Source: Candidatus Saccharimonadota bacterium
GTDB taxonomy: Bacteria > Patescibacteriota > Saccharimonadia > Saccharimonadales > Saccharimonadaceae
Assembly: GCA_030529095.1 (NCBI GenBank)
Contig: JAUMXN010000001.1
Coordinates: forward strand, 5,603 to 69,602
Reading direction: 5' to 3'
Length of the DNA stretch: 64,000 nt
Of this stretch, positions 1 through 9,521 are shown piece by piece (the first letter of the stretch is position 1; each line of letters starts with the position of its first letter). Below the pieces are notes generated by a model, which was not told the DNA's origin, did no database searches, and worked only from the letters and a program-made list of their open reading frames with translations. The position numbers and the translations under genes were made by a program.

Positions 1-1
1 A

Positions 2-244
2 TCGAGATACTCCATTATCACTTCCGACGAAGATTTTGATAAGCCCCAAAGTTATGAAGGCATAAACAGGGTGCCAATAACCATAGAGCCGCATTATAAT
101 AACGAAAATGACGAGAAAAGAAATGCGGAAATTAGAGAATTTGCCGAAAAATATCATGAAACAATTTATGCTATTCCAGACGAAAGTGTCATCGTGGTGG
201 AAGACCAAGAAATAAAAGAATTTGGAAACATATACCATTTCTGA
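2..244 (+). CDS. Partial CDS (5' end outside window), C-terminus resembling peptidase E / S51 family
   Basis: Frame 2 open from the window edge: ...SYEGINRVPITIEPHYNN...IYAIPDESVIVVEDQEIKEFGNIYHF*. The G-x-x-x-V...PH and AIxD/E pattern resembles S51 C-termini. Confidence 0.5.
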   Translation, partial: SRYSIITSDEDFDKPQSYEGINRVPITIEPHYNNENDEKRNAEIREFAEKYHETIYAIPDESVIVVEDQEIKEFGNIYHF

Positions 245-264
245 TCTAATGTTATAATCATGCT

Positions 265-1179
265 ATGGAGACGAACCTAGTCATTACTTCTGGTTGCAAA
301 TATGTAGACATCGACGCATACGCTAGCGCTATTGCCTACCGTGAACTACTAAAAAAGCAGGGGAATAATGTAACCGCATCCACCCTGGCTCCGCTCAACC
401 AGAGTATCCCACCATTTATTTTGGGACTAAAATACCAACTCGATCCAGCAGAGGCAGCGAGCGACGCCAAATATATCGTCCTAGATACGTCTAATCCCGA
501 TTTCTTCGACAAGAGAGTCACCACCGATAACCTCGCCGAAATAATAGATCACCATACTGGCTTTGAAGATTATTGGAAAAATTATCCCAATATCAAAACG
601 CAAATTGAATTTATTGGTTCAGTTTGCACTTTAATCTTCGAGAAAATTGTTTCGTCTGGCCACACCGAAATCTTAGATACAGATCTTTGCAAATTATTGG
701 TAGCTGGCATTTTGGATAATACCTTAAACCTTAAATCCAGCATCACTACCGACCGCGACCGTAATGCCTACGATAAGCTGATTGAGATAGGCGACATTTC
801 GAACGATTTTTATGTTGAATATTTTTCCGCTTGCGAATCTGAGATCTTGAAAGATTTTACCAAAGCAATCAAAGACGATATAAAAATCGAGAAAGTCGGA
901 GTTTTGCCGGAAGTAATTGGCCAAATGGTTGTTTTAGATACAAATAATTTCAATATTGAAAAAATGAAAGATGTTTTTGCGGAATATCCGGAATGGCTAA
1001 TGAACGTTATTTCTCTAGAGGACGGAAAAAGTTACTTATACTTTAACGGAAATAGCGTGCGGGAGAGGTTAGAAAAATTATTTAACAAACAATGTGATGC
1101 CGATGATTTATTGGTGTTAGATAAGTTCTTGCTTCGTAAGCAAATCATGAAAAAAGCACGAGAGGTGTCCTCTTTATAA
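265..1179 (+). CDS. DHH-family pyrophosphatase/exopolyphosphatase (PpaC/PPX1-like)
   Basis: Motifs YVDIDAYASAIA, VLDTS, IIDHH, IGSVCTL, GILDNT and C-terminal LRKQI. Confidence 0.8.
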   Translation: METNLVITSGCKYVDIDAYASAIAYRELLKKQGNNVTASTLAPLNQSIPPFILGLKYQLDPAEAASDAKYIVLDTSNPDFFDKRVTTDNLAEIIDHHTGFEDYWKNYPNIKTQIEFIGSVCTLIFEKIVSSGHTEILDTDLCKLLVAGILDNTLNLKSSITTDRDRNAYDKLIEIGDISNDFYVEYFSACESEILKDFTKAIKDDIKIEKVGVLPEVIGQMVVLDTNNFNIEKMKDVFAEYPEWLMNVISLEDGKSYLYFNGNSVRERLEKLFNKQCDADDLLVLDKFLLRKQIMKKAREVSSL

Positions 1180-1215
1180 TCTATTTAAACCTGATTGATT
1201 AAGTCCCACCAAATT

Positions 1216-2166
1216 TTACAACTGTATTAATTCAGAAGTATCAAGGTCATAATCGCCGAGAGCGATTTTTCTGATTGACGGGTCGCCATAAGTATTGTAA
1301 TAATACGTCTTACTCGAGGCTGAGTAACCACTAGTATAAATAGTTTTTTCAAAAGTGCCATCAGCCATTGCGGAGGCTCCGTCGATCATGGCGACTCCGG
1401 TAAGTGTATGAAAAAGACGCGAGACGTTTCCGTCTTCGGTCGATTGTGTTGGGTAATGCGTATTTAGGAAAGCTGCACGCACGAATCTTGATGGAGAATA
1501 ATAATCGCCCGGCAATCCACGCATGAGGGAGCCTGCGCCGAACGGATTCATTGTAGCTTCACCCCACTTTACTTCTTTTGGTACTTGGGAAGACAGGTTC
1601 ATATAATTGCGTAAATTCTCCTTGTGCCAATTGTATCCCGGCTGGTTAGTGAGTACATCGGTATCATTACGAAAGACTTCCATCCCTTTTTCGGAATATT
1701 CAACAACTATGGAGCGATTTTTGTCGCCAATGAGCCAATGAAGCTCGGAAACGGGATATTTGTCGTTGATTGGTTTTGAGACAATTACGACGTTGCGAAG
1801 AGCATCTTCTACTTCATCGACTGTTGAAAAATTTGCCACAACCCAAAGAGGAAATTCATAGGCGGCGACATTCGTTTTTCCTTCAGCTTCTTTGGATTCG
1901 TATTTTGTGTAGCCAGGGAAGTTGAGACCCGCAATAGCCAAGCCGTTTTCGTTTGCGCAATCAAAGTAAAGAGGCGTGTCCTCCTCGACGATTGCCATAC
2001 CGATGATCGCTCCGGCGCGCATGATATTTTCTCCGAGAAACGCAGACCGATAAGTGTATTTACGCGGAGTGATGATTACTTTTTGCCCATACGAAACAGA
2101 CCAGTCTAAATTACGCCCAAAATACATCGCACCTTGTCCGTCGCAAAATCTTATAGCAGTGCACAT
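1216..2166 (-). CDS. bsh: Choloylglycine hydrolase (bile salt hydrolase, Ntn-hydrolase)
   Basis: N-terminal MCT nucleophile, YFGRNLDW, NENGLAIAGLNF, VLTNQP, LPGDYYSPSRFVR. SD AAGGAGG upstream. Confidence 0.9.
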   Translation of the reverse strand: MCTAIRFCDGQGAMYFGRNLDWSVSYGQKVIITPRKYTYRSAFLGENIMRAGAIIGMAIVEEDTPLYFDCANENGLAIAGLNFPGYTKYESKEAEGKTNVAAYEFPLWVVANFSTVDEVEDALRNVVIVSKPINDKYPVSELHWLIGDKNRSIVVEYSEKGMEVFRNDTDVLTNQPGYNWHKENLRNYMNLSSQVPKEVKWGEATMNPFGAGSLMRGLPGDYYSPSRFVRAAFLNTHYPTQSTEDGNVSRLFHTLTGVAMIDGASAMADGTFEKTIYTSGYSASSKTYYYNTYGDPSIRKIALGDYDLDTSELIQL

Positions 2167-2363
2167 ATAAACCTCCTTTTTTGATTATTTATTTTTTAAA
2201 TAAGTCCAAAACTCGCTCTATCGCATCATCAGGAATATCGCGGTATATTCTAAATCGTTCTTGAACCATCTCCGCAATCATCGCCGCTACTATGCGAGCT
2301 CTCAAAACTTCTCATGCTTTAAGTATAGCACGAAAAAGGTGCGAGAAGCATCCAGTGACTAAA

Positions 2364-3107
2364 TTATTCGATTTCGGCGACCAAGGCTTGGTGATCCGAT
2401 ACCGCAGCATTGATCAAATTAAAGCTTTTACAGTTCAGTTCGTCAGTAATTAAAATATGGTCACAAGCCACGTCCTTCACGAAACGAACGTTTCTCAAAG
2501 TAGTTTTTACCTGATTAATCGCAGTTAAATCTTGCATAAAATCAAGCTCTCGCATGGCGGGCGACTCCGCAACAACGTTCAAATCTCCGCACATAATTGT
2601 TGGGCGGTAGTCATCCTTAATGAGATCCGCCACCTTGCGCATGCACTCTACCGAAGTCTCGTTCCCGAGAGGGTCTTTTTGCCAGTAACCGTGATAATTC
2701 ACAATTGCTAATTTGTCGCTAAGTACCACCTTTTGAGCCGTCCAGCAGTCATAAATAGCTCTGTTTTTTGAATCCTCAACACTGCCGAGAACCACATATT
2801 CGCCAGTTAACGTTTTCGACTTCGTATCGACGAAAGGAATCTTGCTCAAAATCGCATTACCTATTTCGAACTTAGTATCGCCGCCTAGTGTTTTTACGCC
2901 GTAATTAGGAGTTTTAAAAACATAGTCGAACCCAGCCATCCTCGCAAGTTTGTCCACCGTATCCACGTATAATTCCAAATAATCGTTACAATCATCGCTC
3001 CAGATTGCCTCTTGAATACAGACCACATCGTATCCTCCCTCAGCAATAAAACGGCTCAAACCATCTTTAATTCTGCCAGTCCAACTATTTATTTGTAAGA
3101 TTTTCAT
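2364..3107 (-). CDS. Endonuclease/exonuclease/phosphatase (EEP) family protein
   Basis: QINSW, DVVCIQE, GNAILSK, CGDLN, DHI and SDH motifs. Confidence 0.9.
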   Translation of the reverse strand: MKILQINSWTGRIKDGLSRFIAEGGYDVVCIQEAIWSDDCNDYLELYVDTVDKLARMAGFDYVFKTPNYGVKTLGGDTKFEIGNAILSKIPFVDTKSKTLTGEYVVLGSVEDSKNRAIYDCWTAQKVVLSDKLAIVNYHGYWQKDPLGNETSVECMRKVADLIKDDYRPTIMCGDLNVVAESPAMRELDFMQDLTAINQVKTTLRNVRFVKDVACDHILITDELNCKSFNLINAAVSDHQALVAEIE

Positions 3108-3135
3108 AACTATATGGTAGCATAAAAAACTCCTG

Positions 3136-3900
3136 CTACTCGCAGGAGTTTTGTTTAGGATTTTCGTCTTTAACGAAGAATGCTTTTTCAGCTAAGCAGC
3201 AGAATGATTCGTAACCAGAAGAAAGACTCCTAAGGATGCTCATCAGAGAATCATCGTAGTTTTCTGCTTTTTTCTCTTTGCTCTTGCGAGCTTCGGCGAG
3301 AAGTTTATTGTAGCTAGCGAGATATTCTGGCCGATAATTTTTTTTCAGAGTTTGCCGCAACCTCCTTATGGTTGGATTCGGATCTGCATGGATGTTTTCC
3401 AGGACATCGTAGTGCTTGAGACAGAGTTCTTCCATATGGAGATATACGCGCCGCGTGAGCACACGGCCCACGTAAAAGGTGCCGTGCAAATACGACAGAT
3501 AAAACTCACTCCTGATTCTTTTAAACTGCTCACAAGCATCTTCTCGAATGTAGTCTGAAAGATATGGAATCCCCACCTGATAAAAATTCACCCTCAGATG
3601 ACCAGCATCAAGCGCGTGTGTCCAGCCAATTCCTCCGCCAGGAGGATTACCTATGACCATCTCTGCCTTCAGACCGGTAGGAATAAGAGTTTCTTCATCT
3701 CTTATTTCTGCAACTGCAAGATGAAACCTCCCATCATCCATGCGAGCAAGCTTGTTGTTTATGCCATACTCTCTGGCCTTATCAATCATATTCTTCGGTG
3801 TCATTCCGGCAGCGTCGAAAATCGCAGCGATGTTTTCTTGCATTCCGAGATCACGAAAGGAACTCGGCAACTCAGATTTACTTTTACAAGTCATTTTCAT
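3136..3900 (-). CDS. Hypothetical (orphan) protein
   Basis: 254-aa ORF with SD AGGAGG, upstream TGTTATAAT and a hairpin terminator overlapping the stop. No recognisable motif. Confidence 0.75.
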   Translation of the reverse strand: MKMTCKSKSELPSSFRDLGMQENIAAIFDAAGMTPKNMIDKAREYGINNKLARMDDGRFHLAVAEIRDEETLIPTGLKAEMVIGNPPGGGIGWTHALDAGHLRVNFYQVGIPYLSDYIREDACEQFKRIRSEFYLSYLHGTFYVGRVLTRRVYLHMEELCLKHYDVLENIHADPNPTIRRLRQTLKKNYRPEYLASYNKLLAEARKSKEKKAENYDDSLMSILRSLSSGYESFCCLAEKAFFVKDENPKQNSCE

Positions 3901-4038
3901 GGCCTTGCCCTCCTAAACATAATAAGATGCATTATAAAAAATATAACTACTTATATTATAACATAAAAATATGGGGGCATCAAGGCGTGGAAGAGTTGAA
4001 TTTACAGAGGGTGTACTTGACTTGCTTTAAGCCTAATC

Positions 4039-4070
4039 TCCCCCAACCCATGTGGTTGGGGGAATTTTTT
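4039..4070 (+). terminator. Intrinsic terminator with T-tract on the plus strand
   Basis: TCCCCCAACC-catgt-GGTTGGGGGA followed by ATTTTTT. Confidence 0.7.
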
Positions 4071-4716
4071 ATTTGTATAGTTTTTTCTCGTCACCATCGA
4101 TAACGTAGACGGAGGACTGGTTTAAAACGATAGCCTCCTCGCCGGCGTCGGCAAGTTTTCCTAAATACATTTTGGTGGTTTCAGCGTGTTTTTCAACGTC
4201 GGCGTGAGCAACGATGTATTCATCAATCAAACCTAGGCCACTCATCTCAGACTCCACGCCATAAATTTCGGGCACTTTGTCAGCCACTAGGTCGTCATGA
4301 CCATAATATTTCAAAGTTTTAACGGCTACCATTGAACCAGCGCTATAACCGGCATAAACAAATTTGTCGTTTTTGACGCCGTCAATAATTATATTATCTA
4401 GCCCACTAAGTTTCATTGCGGTGCGCAAGAGGAAAACGTTGCCGCCCATCGAAAAAACTACATCTGGGGCGAAGTTTTCAACAAATTCAGCCAGCTCAGA
4501 AGGCTTACCGAAATAATTACGAAGATCAAGCTCAGTAGGCTCAAAACCGGCAGCCTCAAAAAGCGCTAGGTTATCACGAACCTTCGCTTGGCGAGCTTCT
4601 GGATCACGATGATCGCGAGCATTTGACACCACCAGCATCTTACGGCCACCCTTAGTTAAACGCAGCAATTCGTCTGCATAATTACCTAATATTTCACTAG
4701 CTAAAAACAATCTCAT
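4069..4716 (-). CDS. Peptidase E / S51 (class I glutamine-amidotransferase-like) protein
   Basis: MRLFLAS, GGNVFLL, YAGYSAGS nucleophile elbow, GLGLI...VAH. Confidence 0.85.
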   Translation of the reverse strand: MRLFLASEILGNYADELLRLTKGGRKMLVVSNARDHRDPEARQAKVRDNLALFEAAGFEPTELDLRNYFGKPSELAEFVENFAPDVVFSMGGNVFLLRTAMKLSGLDNIIIDGVKNDKFVYAGYSAGSMVAVKTLKYYGHDDLVADKVPEIYGVESEMSGLGLIDEYIVAHADVEKHAETTKMYLGKLADAGEEAIVLNQSSVYVIDGDEKKLYK

Positions 4717-4771
4717 GTTTTTATGATAGCATATCTGTTGGTTAAGCCAAACATGTTATAATAAAAGTTAC

Positions 4772-5437
4772 ATGTTAGAGTTGAAAAACGTTTCCTATGC
4801 TGCCGACGGGCGCAAAATTCTCGACCAAATCTCTCTTAAAATTGAGCAGAATAATTTTTTGGTAATCACTGGTCCAAACGGCTCTGGCAAATCCACTCTA
4901 GCGCAAATCTTGATGGGTATTAAAAAGCCAAGTGCAGGGCAAATCGTTTTCAATGGCCAAGATATCACAGATCTTAGTATTACTGAACGCGCTAAACTCG
5001 GTATAGCTTTCGCCTTCCAGCAACCGGTTAAATTCAAGGGCCTCACCGTAAAGGAACTACTCGAAATCGCTGGCGACGCTAAAATTCTGCCAAAAGTTGG
5101 TCTAAATCCCGAAGATTATTTGGAACGTGAACTCAATTCTACCCTCTCCGGCGGGGAATTAAAACGCATCGAGATCGCCACGGCGCTTGCTCGCAAAGCC
5201 AAGCTAACAATTTTTGACGAACCAGAAGCCGGCATCGACCTCTGGAGTTTTGAAAAACTCACCGACACTTTTAACGAGCTTAAAAATCAACAAAAAGATA
5301 GCTCAATCATCATCATTTCACACCAAGAGAGAATTCTAAAAATTGCCGACGAAATTCTCGTGCTCGAAAAAGGCAAGGTCAAATCTTTTGGCCCAGCGAC
5401 GAAACTTCTCCCAGAGATTTTGGAGGGCGAAAAATGA
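4772..5437 (+). CDS. sufC: Fe-S assembly ABC-type ATPase, SufC-like
   Basis: GPNGSGKS, ERAKLGIAFAFQQP, LSGGE, FDEPEAGID. Stop overlaps the sufB/D start (ATGA). Confidence 0.85.
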   Translation: MLELKNVSYAADGRKILDQISLKIEQNNFLVITGPNGSGKSTLAQILMGIKKPSAGQIVFNGQDITDLSITERAKLGIAFAFQQPVKFKGLTVKELLEIAGDAKILPKVGLNPEDYLERELNSTLSGGELKRIEIATALARKAKLTIFDEPEAGIDLWSFEKLTDTFNELKNQQKDSSIIIISHQERILKIADEILVLEKGKVKSFGPATKLLPEILEGEK

Positions 5438-6354
5438 GACTCAGTGAAGAAGTTAAGCAAATTTTCTGTGAAGTTGCCGATCTCAAAGAAATTCCGGCTG
5501 GCGCCTATAATTTTAGAGTTAATGGCAAATCTGTTGGACGACAGTCTAGCGAAAACATCGATATCAAGCCAAAAACCGACGTCAGTGGCCTTGAAATTCA
5601 TATCAAAGCCGGGACTAAAAACGAGACCGTGCATATCCCGGTAGCAATCAGTGTTACTGGTATCGAGGAGGATGTTTATAACGATTTCTATATTGGCGAC
5701 GATTCCGACGTAACGATTGTGGCCGGTTGTGGTATCTATAATTGTGGCGGCGAGAACTCCACTCATAACGGCATCCACCGCTTCTTTATTGGTAAGAACT
5801 GCAAGGTTAAATATATTGAGCGCCACCTTGGGCTTGGTCGCGGGGCCGGTGGCAAAATTTTGAACCCAACCACCGAACTCGAAATCGGCGAGAATTCCGA
5901 AGCCACCCTGTATATGGAACAGTTGAAGGGCGTCGACTCGACCATCCGCGACACAAGAGCTACGCTCAAAAAGGATGCTCACATCATCGTCGAAGAGCGC
6001 CTACTCACTCACGGCCGCCAAACCGCCGAAAGCAGCTACAATATCGAACTCGGCGAAGATTCTACCGCCGATATCAATTCGCGTGCCGTCGCCAGAGATA
6101 TCTCTAGACAAAAATTTGTTTCCCATATTATCGGCAATGGACGCTGCCGTGGTCACTCAGCCTGCGATGCTATTTTGATGGAGGACGCCAGCGTGCTCGC
6201 CGAGCCGGCTCTCGACGCTAAAAGCCCAGACGCCGCATTGATCCACGAAGCCGCCATCGGCAAGATTGCCGGCGACAAAATCACTAAACTCTGCTCGCTC
6301 GGTCTCACCGAAGCGGAAGCCGAATCCAAGATTATTAATGGCTTTTTAAGATAG
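5434..6354 (+). CDS. sufB: SufB/SufD family Fe-S scaffold protein (short form)
   Basis: IVAGCGI, GHSACDAILM, LIHEAAIGKIAG, GLTEAEAESKIINGFL. Confidence 0.85.
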   Translation: MRLSEEVKQIFCEVADLKEIPAGAYNFRVNGKSVGRQSSENIDIKPKTDVSGLEIHIKAGTKNETVHIPVAISVTGIEEDVYNDFYIGDDSDVTIVAGCGIYNCGGENSTHNGIHRFFIGKNCKVKYIERHLGLGRGAGGKILNPTTELEIGENSEATLYMEQLKGVDSTIRDTRATLKKDAHIIVEERLLTHGRQTAESSYNIELGEDSTADINSRAVARDISRQKFVSHIIGNGRCRGHSACDAILMEDASVLAEPALDAKSPDAALIHEAAIGKIAGDKITKLCSLGLTEAEAESKIINGFLR

Positions 6355-6407
6355 ACCATGCTATAATGCTGCCAACGGTGGGAGTACTCTAATAGGGAGG
6401 TGATTGT

Positions 6408-7028
6408 GTGGCAGAAGTTTATGAACCGAACCTCGATAGAATGTTTACGTTTTTACGTGGTAGACTAATCGGTCTCGGATGGGAACAGAGTATCAAGGCG
6501 CTAGCATACGCCAGGAAAGCCCATGCCGGCCAATTCCGTGATGGTGGAGCACCATACCTGATTCATCCAGTTTCGATGGCGTGCGATGCAATCGCATGCA
6601 AAGGAGCAACCGACAACCTAATAGCCACCATCCTTTTGCACGATGTGGTTGAGGATTGTGGGAAAGATCTATCCGCTTTACCGGTAAACGACGTCGTCAA
6701 ACAAGGCGTGCGTTACATGACTGTCGAGCCACTTTTTTCCGAGAGTAAAGAAGAAGCTAAGAAGAGATATTTTTCGGAATTGTTACTTAGCCCTGAAGCG
6801 GTCCTCTGTAAGGCCTTCGATCGAAACGCAAATCTGAATGATATGTCTGGCTTTGAAAAAGAACGCGTCGCGAAGAATGTTATAGAGACTCATACGTATC
6901 TAATGCCAGTTTTGAGAGAGGCCAAAAATGCCTATCCAGAATACGCCGACATGTTCCACATCATCAGGACAAATCTCAAGCGAACTATCAAGCTACTAGC
7001 GGATCGTTATGAAATTGCTTTAGAATAA
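6408..7028 (+). CDS. HD-domain small alarmone hydrolase-like protein (SpoT/Mesh1-type)
   Basis: AHAGQFRDGGAPYLIHP, LLHDVVED, KAFDRNANL. No synthetase domain. Confidence 0.8.
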   Translation: MAEVYEPNLDRMFTFLRGRLIGLGWEQSIKALAYARKAHAGQFRDGGAPYLIHPVSMACDAIACKGATDNLIATILLHDVVEDCGKDLSALPVNDVVKQGVRYMTVEPLFSESKEEAKKRYFSELLLSPEAVLCKAFDRNANLNDMSGFEKERVAKNVIETHTYLMPVLREAKNAYPEYADMFHIIRTNLKRTIKLLADRYEIALE

Positions 7029-7046
7029 GCCAAATCTCCCGCCCAC

Positions 7047-7075
7047 GGAGCCGCCCTAAAGGCGACTCCTTTTTT
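7047..7075 (+). terminator. Intrinsic terminator
   Basis: GGAGCCGCC-ctaaa-GGCGACTCC + T-tract. Confidence 0.7.
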
Positions 7076-7164
7076 ATAGCTGTAATTGCATAAAATAAAG
7101 ATTTATGTTATAATGTAATAACTACTAATCGGTAGAATTTGCACATTAAAAGGTGGTGAATACC

Positions 7165-7788
7165 ATGGATAAAAAGGAATTGGTACTGAAGATCGTGGGG
7201 GCAGTAAGAGAAGAAGCAGCCAAAATCGAAAACTCCAAAAACGGAGCTATTAGAGTGCTGCTGTACCCGATGGTCAAAGAAGCCGATGATTGGCTGGGCG
7301 GTTTTGGCGCTTTTGCACGCCGTTACAACCCTTTTGCCGGCTCTTCGATCGGGGAAAATGACACTCCTGACTACGAGCTGTGTTATGGCATCACGCCGGG
7401 GGGAAGAAGAGTTCAAGAGTATATAGACAAGAAAACTCGCAAAAAACTGACCAGGGATACTTACGCCCTTTCTGCTTTGAAGATTGCCTACTGCTCCAGA
7501 GTGGAAGATCTCGAGAAGGGCCTCAGCTCATCCGTTGAACTTGAAGACCCTAACCTGAGTCCCGAAAACGGATATATGAACCTTCCTGGCGCGGTTTTGT
7601 TTATCGTCAGAAAAGGAGATCCGGATGCAACCCACCCAGAAATTAGGAAAGGATATCCCTGGCTCTACATTTATGTCTGCGTATGTGTTACGGACGAAGA
7701 TGAAGACAGGAAGTGCGCAATGGCAAGTCTTGATGTAGTCAAGGAATTCTTCCCGCAGGGCTTCAATATCGAACACGAAGATAAATAA
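7165..7788 (+). CDS. Hypothetical (orphan) protein
   Basis: ORF track start 7153. ATG 7165 preferred because it follows SD AAAGGTGGTGA. Own promoter and a terminator at 7793-7821. Confidence 0.75.
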   Translation: MDKKELVLKIVGAVREEAAKIENSKNGAIRVLLYPMVKEADDWLGGFGAFARRYNPFAGSSIGENDTPDYELCYGITPGGRRVQEYIDKKTRKKLTRDTYALSALKIAYCSRVEDLEKGLSSSVELEDPNLSPENGYMNLPGAVLFIVRKGDPDATHPEIRKGYPWLYIYVCVCVTDEDEDRKCAMASLDVVKEFFPQGFNIEHEDK

Positions 7789-7859
7789 GCCCAAAGGCTC
7801 CCATTGAAAGGAGCCTTTTTTCATAATTTTTTAAAATAATATGCTATAATGGTGGCAGC

Positions 7860-7944
7860 GCTGGAATCGTCTAGTGGCAATGACAAGAGACTGTAAATCT
7901 CTCGCCTTCGGGCTTCGTAGGTTCGAGTCCTACTTCCAGCACCA
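7860..7944 (+). tRNA. tRNA-Tyr (GTA)
   Basis: Acceptor GCTGGAA/TTCCAGC, anticodon loop CTGTAAA, long variable arm, GTTCGAG T-loop, encoded CCA. Confidence 0.95.
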
Positions 7945-8026
7945 AGAATTAGACCCTCGGGGGTCTTTTTTGCCGCGTATAAAATACTTATCATGCTATA
8001 ATTAAAAGAATTGAAAAGGAGAAATT

Positions 8027-8788
8027 ATGTTTAGTTTAAAAGGTAGAGTAGCTGTCGTAACAGGGGCGTCAAGCGGACTTGGCCAACAGATGGCCCGCGC
8101 TTTCGCCAAGCAAGGGGCGGATCTTGCAATCTTGGCTCGCCGCGTCGAGCGTCTCGAAAGCTTCAAAAAAGAACTCGAAGACGAATTTAAGGTAAAAGTT
8201 TTCGCCGTCAAATGCGACGTTACTAGTACCGACGACATCAATGCTGCCTCCGAATCTGTCAAAAAGGAATTTGGCAAGGTCGACATTCTTTTAAACTGCG
8301 CCGGGTCATCCAAAGACAAAGGCGTTCTCGAAATGACCGACGACGAATGGGATTTTACCATCGCCACCGATGAAACTTCCGTCTTTAAAATGTCTCGCGC
8401 CTTTGGCAACATTATGAAAGAGCAAAAATACGGCCGTATCATCAACATCGCCTCTATCTATGGCTTAGTCGGCAATGCCGAAATCCCAACCATCGCTTAT
8501 CACGCCAGCAAGGGCGCCGTGGTTAATTTTACCCGCGCTGCCGCTTGTGAACTTGCTGAATATGGCATCACCGTTAACGCTATCTGCCCAGGCTTCTTCT
8601 ATACCGAACTCACCACCGAAGTTCTCGACACTGATTTCTTCAAAAAATTCGCCAACGCCCACGTTCCAATGAAACGCTACGGCGAAAAAGGCGAACTCGA
8701 CGCCGCCGCCGTATTTCTCGCTAGCGAAGAAGCTCGCTACGTCACCGGCGTTATTCTTCCGGTTGACGGCGGTTATACTGCCGCCTAA
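8027..8788 (+). CDS. SDR family NAD(P)-dependent oxidoreductase
   Basis: TGASSGLG, NCAG, IASIYG, YHASKG, VNAICPG, VDGG. Confidence 0.92.
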   Translation: MFSLKGRVAVVTGASSGLGQQMARAFAKQGADLAILARRVERLESFKKELEDEFKVKVFAVKCDVTSTDDINAASESVKKEFGKVDILLNCAGSSKDKGVLEMTDDEWDFTIATDETSVFKMSRAFGNIMKEQKYGRIINIASIYGLVGNAEIPTIAYHASKGAVVNFTRAAACELAEYGITVNAICPGFFYTELTTEVLDTDFFKKFANAHVPMKRYGEKGELDAAAVFLASEEARYVTGVILPVDGGYTAA

Positions 8789-8828
8789 AGCTTTTGCCAA
8801 AACATTAGCTCTATGGTATATATAAATT

Positions 8829-9461
8829 ATGTTGGCCATCACTAAAAAAACCGATCAAGACGAACCAAAACTAGATCAGTGGCAATGGCTTGGTGTTATT
8901 CTTTTAATTGTGTCTTTGGCCGGTTTCATCGGTTGGGTTTGGGAATTTATTTTAATAGAATTTGAGGGTGGCTTCCAGAATCTCTATGTCAATGGTGGCA
9001 ATTTGCTCCCATGGATGAATATTTATGCCTATGGCGCTATCCTAATCCTCCTAATTTGCTACCGCCTGCGCAAACGCCCATCGCTGGTTTTCATAGCTGG
9101 CGCCATCTCTACCGGCTTACTTGAATGGCTCTCGGGCTGGCTAGTCTATACCCTTGGTAACGGTACCCGCTATTGGGATTACTCTACCTCCTGGATTGGT
9201 ATCGGCCACATCAACGGCTTCGTTTGCCCAGCTAGCGTTTGCGTGTTTGGTCTGGGCGCACTAGCTCTTATTTATTTACTATTACCACGCTGTATCGCAC
9301 TCGCTCAGCACATGACCAGGAGAAAACTCCTCGCCATCTCTTTGGCGCTATTCTCAATCATCATCATCGACGACGTCGTTAATCTTACTCTTAAGAATCT
9401 CAACATGCCAACCGCGCAAGACTTCTACATTAACCGTGGTTGGGTGCTTATGGAAAAATAG
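8829..9461 (+). CDS. Putative ABC-transporter permease-like membrane protein (CmpB-like family)
   Basis: FIGWVWE, PWMNIYAYGA, LEWLSG, YWDYS, INGFVC pattern with several TM helices. Confidence 0.7.
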   Translation: MLAITKKTDQDEPKLDQWQWLGVILLIVSLAGFIGWVWEFILIEFEGGFQNLYVNGGNLLPWMNIYAYGAILILLICYRLRKRPSLVFIAGAISTGLLEWLSGWLVYTLGNGTRYWDYSTSWIGIGHINGFVCPASVCVFGLGALALIYLLLPRCIALAQHMTRRKLLAISLALFSIIIIDDVVNLTLKNLNMPTAQDFYINRGWVLMEK

Positions 9462-9521
9462 CCAGGCGGGGCTTGTTGTTGCAAAATTAAACAAAATCCG
9501 CTATAATCAAAAACTGTTAGT

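Noticed and set aside
3973-4048. SRP (4.5S) RNA
   Set aside because: GGGGGC...CCCCC ends look similar, but the conserved CAGG-GNRA-AGCA helix 8 motif is absent
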